A stretch of DNA of 64,000 nt. Origin: an uncultured delta proteobacterium. Its GTDB lineage: Bacteria; Desulfobacterota; Deferrimicrobia; Deferrimicrobiales; Deferrimicrobiaceae. The notes under the pieces are model-generated. The model worked only from the letters and a program-made list of their open reading frames with translations. It did no database searches and was not told the origin of the DNA. The stretch is taken from positions 8,641 to 72,640 of the forward strand of contig CAVXEY010000005.1 of NCBI GenBank assembly GCA_963760885.1. Reading direction: 5' to 3'. Made by a program: the position numbers and the translations under genes. Of this stretch, positions 29,342-36,507 are shown one piece after another. Position 1 is the stretch's first letter; every line of letters starts with the position of its first letter.

Positions 29342-29361
29342 CTCATAACGGTACTCATAAC
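29342..29361 (+). repeat. two CTCATAAC boxes spaced 12 bp (anticodon-loop sequence repeated inside island end)
   Basis: gCTCATAACggtaCTCATAACa. The same arrangement occurs at 45354-45373. Confidence 0.8.
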
Positions 29362-29463
29362 ACCCATCCTCGACTTTCCCGCATCCGTCGATCCTGCGCC
29401 ATCCTCGTTCACATGTGGGGTATTCCTGCCGGGGAAGGAGCGCGGTCGAGTGGTGAAGGAGGA

Positions 29464-30105
29464 TTACTCGTCTTCCCGATGTCCGAGGATGTACTGCTCC
29501 ACGTCCTCACGCCGGAACCACCAACGTGGTCCTCTCTTGTGTCCCTTCAGCAATCCTCTACGGGCCATCTCGTTAACTTCGTCCAGACTCATGTCGAGGA
29601 TGATGGCAAGATCGTGCGCCCTGAGTGTGTCCGGCAGGTTCTCGGTATTCAACGGACCCTTCCGTCGACGTTCCATGAGTTTCGAGAATAAGTTGATGTA
29701 ACCTTCAGGAGAGGGATCCGCACCTTGCGCAGGGGCATTTTCTAATAAGGATTTTCTTTTCCCGATCATTTTATTTACAAACTTGTGGTTTCTCGTCTGT
29801 ATCCATCCATCAGGATCGGTATCTATCTCACGCAATATCGCGAGGAGAGATTCTCTCGTAACCTGACTTGGTAGGAAACTAGCGTCAGTCGTTTTTCCAC
29901 GACCGGTCAAGGCGTGGGCGATTGCGTGGTGGTTGGGGCACAATGTCACCAGATTATCTGCTTCAGTCTCACCGCCACGGGACCGATGAACTACGTGGTG
30001 CGCGTTTAGTAATTTAACAGCGATTGAAGGATAAAGTTTTGGAGGGTGCCACCCACAAACTTCACATTGCCCCTTCTTCATATTTTCCATGATCCTCATG
30101 CCCAT
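29464..30105 (-). CDS. HNH endonuclease fused to C-terminal excisionase-type helix-turn-helix
   Basis: Start set to ATG 30105 (AGAGGTG RBS). HNH core CEVCGW...NAHHVV...NLVTLCPNHHAIAH. C-terminus LRAHDLAIILDMSLDEVNEMARRGLL...WWFRREDVEQY. Confidence 0.7.
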   Translation of the reverse strand: MGMRIMENMKKGQCEVCGWHPPKLYPSIAVKLLNAHHVVHRSRGGETEADNLVTLCPNHHAIAHALTGRGKTTDASFLPSQVTRESLLAILREIDTDPDGWIQTRNHKFVNKMIGKRKSLLENAPAQGADPSPEGYINLFSKLMERRRKGPLNTENLPDTLRAHDLAIILDMSLDEVNEMARRGLLKGHKRGPRWWFRREDVEQYILGHREDE

Positions 30106-30135
30106 CAGCAGCACCTCTTTCGGCGATGAAGAATC

Positions 30136-30300
30136 GGATTCACCCCGAGTGTATAACGAGGGGGGTTCTCCTTCAATCGCGCATACGGTCAGGCAAAGTT
30201 TTCCCCGATCATCGACCACGCCGACGGGGATGGAGGGTTATTCCGTTTCCTGAAGTCCGCAGATGTAGCGCCCGAGCAGTTCGCGCTTACGGATGCCCTC
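30136..30300 (-). repeat. cassette-junction repeat, copy A (promoter-like 46-bp box plus remnant of a gene 3' end)
   Basis: Box 30136-30181 and block 30236-30281 match 31826-31871 and 31959-32004. The - strand reads ...IRKRELLGRYICGLQETE-stop. Confidence 0.8.
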
Positions 30301-30681
30301 CTACTTCTTTGGGCAGGGGTACGCTTCCTTGAGCGACCTCAAAACTATTTTATTGGCAGGTTGCCCCCAACTCTCCGGATGCACTTTCAGGTAGTTCCCG
30401 GCAATCGTACACACAGCCTTTATTGATATATTCCCATCTGGTGTGCATATTTTAGAATCATTGGAATCGAAAACTCCGAGAACATAGCCGATGAATATGC
30501 CGTCTTGCATCCAACTAATAGATTTATCTTTATATCCGGTTGGAGACTCCGCTTTCTCGAACTCCTTGTAATCCACCATTAGTTTATTCCCGTCGTAAAA
30601 TCCCGCACGTGCCAGACCGACTATTCCGAAGCCGCCAATGATGAGTACCGCAAGGATCGCCACGCAAGCACGTCGCCGCAT
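30301..30681 (-). CDS. small membrane-anchored/exported protein, possibly Rap1a/Tai4-like immunity protein
   Basis: Start set to ATG 30681 (GGAGGTG RBS). N-terminal TM segment. C-terminus ...YLKVHPESW...ANKIVLRSLKEAYPC resembles the Rap1a family as remembered. Confidence 0.45.
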   Translation of the reverse strand: MRRRACVAILAVLIIGGFGIVGLARAGFYDGNKLMVDYKEFEKAESPTGYKDKSISWMQDGIFIGYVLGVFDSNDSKICTPDGNISIKAVCTIAGNYLKVHPESWGQPANKIVLRSLKEAYPCPKK

Positions 30682-30701
30682 CTGCCACCTCCGGGGGGAT
30701 C

Positions 30702-30738
30702 GGATTCCCCCAGAGTGTATACCGGGGGACACGATCAA
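30702..30738 (-). repeat. degenerate third copy of the promoter-like box
   Basis: GGATTCCCCCAGAGTGTATACCGGGGG versus GGATTCACCCCGAGTGTATAACGAGGGG. Lies directly upstream of the 30681 start. Confidence 0.55.
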
Positions 30739-30884
30739 GGAAGGGAGCAGGAGGCGGGGATAAGTCGCCCCACAGCCGGGGCGCGTTCCTAAACTCCGTC
30801 CGGTAATGTATATTCTTCGGTCATCGGGTTGGTCCGGATCCCAATCCGATCTGGATTTCACCTGTCAAGTTTTGTTAACCAACC

Positions 30885-31244
30885 TCATTCATAAAGAGAC
30901 GTTTGCCAAGAAGAAATTTCGAATAATACGGCACAATCGCCAACTTTGTTCCAAAGTGTGCGTTCTTGTCCCCAATAAATGAAATGATTCTTATAACCTA
31001 GTGAGGTTGGCTCAGATATTTGCTTCCCGGGTCCAGTATAGACGATTACTTCATCTCCATTTTTTACTTGAAAATCAGGGAACCAAAGAATGTTTTTTGG
31101 AATATTAGTAATACGATCGGCAGTTGAATATTCTGAGTTAAACACAATAAAAAAAGACAGGTTGGTGTCTGCTAGTACCTTTAAATGTAACCGTTCTTTA
31201 TTCGCATTACCCCTGTCTGCTATACGAACAATTTGAATTTTCAT
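30885..31244 (-). CDS. hypothetical protein (beta-rich, no TM)
   Basis: 119 aa, low GC. ATGA overlap with the upstream gene implies co-translation. Confidence 0.6.
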   Translation of the reverse strand: MKIQIVRIADRGNANKERLHLKVLADTNLSFFIVFNSEYSTADRITNIPKNILWFPDFQVKNGDEVIVYTGPGKQISEPTSLGYKNHFIYWGQERTLWNKVGDCAVLFEISSWQTSLYE

Positions 31245-31684
31245 TTTTTTACCAACCTAGCAATCGTGCTTCCTATCGTTAATACGATACCGATACCAAG
31301 AGTTATATGCCCTTTTGGTTTGTCGGCCCAGAAGAGAGGGGCTAAACCAATAATTGCACATCCGACACCAATTCCAACAGCAAACAATATTTCAAGTGAG
31401 GCATATGATCTTAATTTCTCGTCTAGAATAGCACTACGCTTATCAGCGACATGGTATCTATCGACGTAACTTCGAAGAAAATCACATTCTTCTTCCGCAT
31501 GTTCTAATTCGTCAAGAATTAATTTTTGAACACCGGGGCTTGTAAGATCATCATCTGTTAGTTGCCTTCGTATATCTCGAAATGCCTGTCGTCGACTGTT
31601 GCTCACTGTCGTGGGTTCTTCAGGCGAAGGGGACGGAGACGGGATTCCTGGTGATTGCCCAGAACTTTCTCTATGTTCATCCAT
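31241..31684 (-). CDS. hypothetical membrane protein with two C-terminal TM helices
   Basis: 147 aa. Disordered Pro/Ser N-terminus, helical middle, hydrophobic segments LEILFAVGIGVGCAIIGLAPLFW and ITLGIGIVLTIGSTIARLV. Confidence 0.6.
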   Translation of the reverse strand: MDEHRESSGQSPGIPSPSPSPEEPTTVSNSRRQAFRDIRRQLTDDDLTSPGVQKLILDELEHAEEECDFLRSYVDRYHVADKRSAILDEKLRSYASLEILFAVGIGVGCAIIGLAPLFWADKPKGHITLGIGIVLTIGSTIARLVKK

Positions 31685-31707
31685 TGCGGTTCCCCTGATA
31701 CGTCTAT

Positions 31708-31806
31708 TTATGCCGAATTCGGTTTATCGCAGTGAGGGCACGTAAGACCAACCGTGATTGATCTCTCTACGACAGCAGAAATGGAGTATTTCTCCTTCGT
31801 CGCCAT
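31708..31806 (-). CDS. 32-aa peptide with CPHC motif
   Basis: GGAGGG RBS then ATG 31806 (MATKEKYSISAVVERSITVGLTCPHCDKPNSA). First gene behind promoter-like box B. Confidence 0.4.
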   Translation of the reverse strand: MATKEKYSISAVVERSITVGLTCPHCDKPNSA

Positions 31807-31825
31807 TATCCCTCCTGCGCAGAAT

Positions 31826-32010
31826 GGATTTACCCCGAGTGTATAACGAGGGGGGGGGCTCTTCAATCGCGATCTGGATCTGGAAGGAGTCCCGCCACAC
31901 GCCGGGAGCGTTCGCGTGCCAGAGGAAGTCTGGTGGAAGTAGACCGCAGGTGAGGGAAGGCTATTCCGTTTCCTGTAGTCCGAAGATGTACCGCCCGAGA
32001 AGTTTCTCCC
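31826..32010 (-). repeat. cassette-junction repeat, copy B
   Basis: See copy A. The - strand remnant reads ...NYIKREKAGGEKLLGRYIFGLQETE-stop. Confidence 0.8.
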
Positions 32011-32072
32011 CACCCGCCTTCTCCCGCTTGATATAGTTCCCGGTAAACGTGATCTCCTCCCCCGGAGGTTTA

Positions 32073-35000
32073 ATGCGTAAAGTCCCGTTCATCGTTCTGG
32101 TCGCAATGGCGATGGTTTTGGGGACCGTGCTGATTGGTTGCGGTGGTGGTGGCGGGGACGGTGGGACTACTGATGAGGGGACATCCAGCACGGTATCTAC
32201 GTCGATCTTCTCCCCACCTCCTGGGACGTACACGACAGCACAGAGCGTGACGTTGTCGACGACGACTTCTGGGGCGACGATCCGGTACACAACGGACGGA
32301 TCGCTACCGACCGAAACCGTGGGCACCGTGTATTCCAGCCCGATTCCCGTCTCCACATCAATGACGATTCGGGCTATGGCATACCTGTCGGGATGGACGA
32401 CCTCATCGGTGTCCAGTGGCACTTATACGATCAACATTCCTGCCAGCACGGTATCTACGCCGATCTTCTCCCCACCTCCCGGGACGTACACGACAGCACA
32501 GAGCGTGACGTTGTCGACGACGACTTCTGGGGCGACGATCCGGTACACGATAGACGGAAGCACGCCGACGGAGAGCTACGGGACGGTGTACAGCGGGATT
32601 TCGTTCCCGGTGAGCTCGACGACGTCGATCAAGGCGATCGCGTATCTATCGGGATGGACGCCGTCGGCGGTGGCGACGGGGACGTACACGATCAACATCC
32701 CCGCCGGGACGGTTTCCTCGCCGACTCTTTCTCCCTTGCCCGGTGTATATACAACGCCGCAGAGCGTGACGTTGTCGACGACGACCTCCGGGGCGAGCAT
32801 CCGGTACACGATAGACGGAAGCACGCCGACCGATACTTACGGGACGGTGTATACCAGCCCGATTCCCGTATCCGCATCAATGACGATCCGGGCAGTGGCG
32901 TACTTGTCGGGATGGACGAGCTCGTTGGTGTCTGATGGCACCTACACGATCACGATCCCTTTCACCTCGACCGCCGTTTCGGCGGGGGATGGTCACACCG
33001 TCGCGCTCAAGGGCGACGGGACCGTCTGGGCGTGGGGATGGAACTTCAAAGGCGAACTCGGCGATGGGACGACGTTCGATCGGTCGACACCGATGCGGGT
33101 GGTTGGGCTGACGGGCGTAGTTGCCGTTTCGGCGGGTTATTATCACACCGTCGCGCTCAAGAGCGATGGGACCGTCTGGACGTGGGGGTACAATGCCACC
33201 GGCCAGCTTGGCGATGGAACGACGACCCAGCGGTGGACACCGATGCAGGTGTCAGGGCTTTCGGGCGTAGTCGCCGTTTCGGCGAATAGTTATCACACCG
33301 CCGCGCTCAAGAGCGATGGGACGGTGTGGGCGTGGGGGTACAACGCCTACGGCCAGCTTGGCGATGGAACGACGACCGATCGGTTGACGCCGGTGCAGGT
33401 AGTTGGGCTGACGGGCGTAGTCGCCGTTTCGGCGGGTTATGGCGAAACCGATGCGGTCAAGAGCGACGGGACCGTATGGGCGTGTGGTAACAACGCCCAC
33501 GGCCAGCTTGGCGACGGGACAACAACGCCTCGGTTGACGCCGGTGCAGGTAGTTGGGCTGACGGGCGTAGTTGCCGTTTCGGCGAATATTGCCCGCACTG
33601 TCGCGCTCAAAGGCGACGGGACCGTGTGGGCGTGGGGGTATAACAACTACGGCCAGCTCGGGGACGGGACGACGACGGATCGGTGGACGCCGGTGCAGGT
33701 AGTTGGGCTGACGGGCGTAGTAGCTGTTTCGGCGGGTAGTTACCACACCGTTACGGTCAAGAGCGACGAGACGGTGTGGGCGTGGGGGTACAACGAGAAC
33801 GGCCAGCTCGGCGATGGGACGACGACGGATCGGTGGACGCCGGTGCGGGTGTCAGGGCTTTCCGGCGTAGTCGCAGTTTCGGCGGCGGGGGGTCACACTG
33901 TCGCGGTCAAGAGCGACGAGACGGTGTGGGCGTGGGGGGACAACTTCAACGGCCAGCTCGGGGACGGGACGACGACTGATCGGTGGACGCCGGTGCTGGT
34001 GTCGGGACTGACGCGTGTTTCCGCCGTTTCTGCAGGTGCTTGGTACACCGTCGCGCTCAAGAGCGACGGGACGGTATGGGCGTGGGGGTCCAACTACTCT
34101 GGCGAACTCGGCGACGGAACGGCGACCGATCGGTTGACGCCGGTGCAGGTGGTTGGGCTTTCGGGCGTAGTCGCTGTTTCTGCAGGTGCTGACCACACCA
34201 TCGCGCTCAAGAGCGACGGGACCGTCTGGGCGTGGGGGCACAACGTCAATGGCCCGCTTGGCGACGGGACGACGTTCGATCGGTCGACACCGGTGCAGGT
34301 GGTTGGGCTTACGGGTGTAGTCGCTGTTTCTGCAGGTGCTGGTTCCACTGTCGCACTCAAGAGCGATGGAACCGTCTGGGCGTGGGGTTACAACGGCTAC
34401 GGCCAACTCGGGGACGGGACGACGACGGATCGGTGGACGCCGGTGCAGGTTGTTGGGCTGACGGGCGTGATCGCCGTTTCGGGGGGGGTAGCCCACACCG
34501 TCGCGCTCAAGGGCGACGGGACGGTGTGGGCGTGGGGGGCCAACATCTACGGCCAGCTCGGCGACGGAACGACGACCGATCGGTTGACGCCGGTACAGGT
34601 GGTTGGGCTTTCGGGCGTAGTCGCCGTTTCTGCAGGTGCTGACCACACCATCGCGCTCAAGAGCGACGGGACTGTCTGGACGTGGGGGTACAACGGCTAC
34701 GGCCAGCTCGGCGACGGGACGATAACGACTCGGTTGACGCCGGTGCAGGTGTGGGCGCTTTCGGGCGCAGACGCTGTCTCGGGGGGTGAATACCACACTG
34801 TCGCGCTCAAGAGCGACGGGATCATCTGGGCGTGGGGACGGAACACCAGTGGTCAGCTCGGCGACGGAACGACGACCGATTTGTTGACGCCGGTGCAGGT
34901 TGTTGGGCTTACGGGTGTAGTCGCCGTTTCGGTTGGTTATACACACAACGTCGCGGTCAAGAGAGACGGGACCGTCTGGGCGTGGGGATGGAACCTCCTT

Positions 35001-35078
35001 GGCCAGCTCGGCGACGGAACGACGACCAGTCGGTTGACGCCGGTGCTGGTAATGAAGGACGGCTTGCCGTTCAAGTGA
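32073..35078 (+). CDS. lipoprotein with three GATIRYT.DGS.PT (chitobiase/hexosaminidase C-terminal-like) domains and 14 RCC1 repeats
   Basis: Start set to ATG 32073 (GGAGG RBS). Lipobox LIGC. 14 counted units of HTVALKSDGTVWAWGYN.YGQLGDGTT.DR.TPV.V.GL. Confidence 0.85.
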   Translation: MRKVPFIVLVAMAMVLGTVLIGCGGGGGDGGTTDEGTSSTVSTSIFSPPPGTYTTAQSVTLSTTTSGATIRYTTDGSLPTETVGTVYSSPIPVSTSMTIRAMAYLSGWTTSSVSSGTYTINIPASTVSTPIFSPPPGTYTTAQSVTLSTTTSGATIRYTIDGSTPTESYGTVYSGISFPVSSTTSIKAIAYLSGWTPSAVATGTYTINIPAGTVSSPTLSPLPGVYTTPQSVTLSTTTSGASIRYTIDGSTPTDTYGTVYTSPIPVSASMTIRAVAYLSGWTSSLVSDGTYTITIPFTSTAVSAGDGHTVALKGDGTVWAWGWNFKGELGDGTTFDRSTPMRVVGLTGVVAVSAGYYHTVALKSDGTVWTWGYNATGQLGDGTTTQRWTPMQVSGLSGVVAVSANSYHTAALKSDGTVWAWGYNAYGQLGDGTTTDRLTPVQVVGLTGVVAVSAGYGETDAVKSDGTVWACGNNAHGQLGDGTTTPRLTPVQVVGLTGVVAVSANIARTVALKGDGTVWAWGYNNYGQLGDGTTTDRWTPVQVVGLTGVVAVSAGSYHTVTVKSDETVWAWGYNENGQLGDGTTTDRWTPVRVSGLSGVVAVSAAGGHTVAVKSDETVWAWGDNFNGQLGDGTTTDRWTPVLVSGLTRVSAVSAGAWYTVALKSDGTVWAWGSNYSGELGDGTATDRLTPVQVVGLSGVVAVSAGADHTIALKSDGTVWAWGHNVNGPLGDGTTFDRSTPVQVVGLTGVVAVSAGAGSTVALKSDGTVWAWGYNGYGQLGDGTTTDRWTPVQVVGLTGVIAVSGGVAHTVALKGDGTVWAWGANIYGQLGDGTTTDRLTPVQVVGLSGVVAVSAGADHTIALKSDGTVWTWGYNGYGQLGDGTITTRLTPVQVWALSGADAVSGGEYHTVALKSDGIIWAWGRNTSGQLGDGTTTDLLTPVQVVGLTGVVAVSVGYTHNVAVKRDGTVWAWGWNLLGQLGDGTTTSRLTPVLVMKDGLPFK
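32985..35040 (+). repeat. ~150-bp tandem coding repeats (RCC1 blades), highly similar at DNA level
   Basis: Recurrent strings such as cgcgctcaagagcgacgggaccgt.tgggcgtggggg. Confidence 0.85.
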
Positions 35079-35264
35079 GGGAGGATATTCTCCCGCCTTC
35101 TCTGTTCCCGCTGTCGCGAGCGTTTGTTAAAGACCGTAACAAAAACGAGTCCGCTTAATATCGCCAACTATTTGAGACGTCTCGCAAACCGTCACCCCTT
35201 AGCATTGACCACATCCAACGCTTGATCCTCACCCTACCCCCCACCGCCTGTTACACTTCTCCAT

Positions 35265-35808
35265 ATGATGGTACTCGGTCCTCGTGTCTTGGACGGATTA
35301 ATCGTCCTTCTCTGTCTTGTCTACTTGTCTCTCGCGACACCCGTCTCCGCAGCCAGCATCCTTGAAGGCTCCGTAGTCAAGATTGCCGACGACGACACGA
35401 TCACCGTCCTCGACTCCGACTAGGTGAAGCACAGAGTTCGCATAGCAGGGATCGACGCTCCAGAGAAGAAACAGCCATTCGGCAACGCTTCCAGGAAGGG
35501 GATGAGCGAGTTGGTGGCAGGTAAACAGTGCAAGTCGAGTTCACGAAGTACGACCGCTACGGGCGCATCGTTGGCAAGGTGCTGGTTAGGCCGCCCGACT
35601 GTCCCACATGCGGAAAGACGCTGGACGTTGGCCTTGCGCAGATCACAATGGGCATGGCGTGGTGGTACCGGAAGTACGCACACGAGCAATCGCCCGAGGA
35701 CCAGGGACGATATGAGATCGCGGAGCAGGAAGCGAAGGCGAAGAGGGCGGGTTGTGGCAGGACAAGAACCCGCAGCAACCGTGGGAGTTCAGGAAGGGAA
35801 CACGATGA
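35265..35808 (+). pseudogene. staphylococcal-nuclease-like (thermonuclease) gene, decayed
   Basis: Signal peptide plus ...VVKIADDDTITVLDSD, then an in-frame TAG (35420-22). VRIAGIDAPEKKQPFG..., ...VEFTKYDRYGRIVGKV..., and the C-terminus LWQDKNPQQPWEFRKG lie in three different frames. Confidence 0.8.
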
Positions 35809-36058
35809 ACATAAAAGTCGGGATCATCGAGGATGTGTATCCGGATTAGCAATTGATCCCTCTACCGACGCCTGGGCCTTCAAGGGTTAAATTCTGTGCC
35901 GTCTTTTCATGTTCCATCCGGTTGAGAAAACCCGGGAGGGGGAGCCGAAGCCCCCATTCCCTTTGACGGGAGTGCTTCACACTGTCAAACAACATTTGCC
36001 TTCATTAAATCTATTCGATATGGTTGGTGCATAGCATCCCGCTGCGAACCTCCTGCCG

Positions 36059-36507
36059 ATGGAGGTCCCTCCCGTGAAAAGACTTTCTTTCCTTCTCCTC
36101 GCCGGATTACTCATCGGTTGCGCTGGGAGGGGCGGGGGGGGTGGAAGCGAGAGTGGTGGAGGGGGGGGGTCTCAGACATCACCCCACCTGCTATTTCCTC
36201 CACTAGCCCCACTAACGGTGCGACCGGGATTGCGGTCAATGCCGCCATCTCGGTGACCTTCAGAGAGCCGATGACCGCCGCGACGATTACGCGGGCGACC
36301 TTTTCGGTCAAGACCGGTTCCACTGATGTCCCGGGAACCGTCGACTACAGTGGCACCACGGCAACCTTCACCCCGACCGGCAACTTGGTGTACTCAACGA
36401 CCTACACCGCGACGGTTACCACGGCAGCGAAGGATCTGGCGGGAAACGCCCTCGCGAGTAACTACGTCTGGAACTTCACCACCGGAACCGCACCGGAGGA
36501 ACCATGA
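36059..36507 (+). CDS. lipoprotein with bacterial Ig-like domain, frame broken in poly-G tract
   Basis: Signal/lipobox (LLAGLLIGC) is in the frame of ORF 36059..36256. The Ig-like domain (ISSTSPTNGATGIAVNAAISVTF...) is in the frame of ORF 36118..36507. G8 tract at 36134-41 and G9 tract at 36161-69. Confidence 0.7.

Noticed and set aside
32985-35040. Regular ~150-bp repeats that could superficially suggest a CRISPR-like or satellite array.
   Set aside because: The repeats are contiguous with no unique spacers, lie in frame, and encode RCC1 blades. The same applies to the FN3 units at 38.1-39.3 kb.
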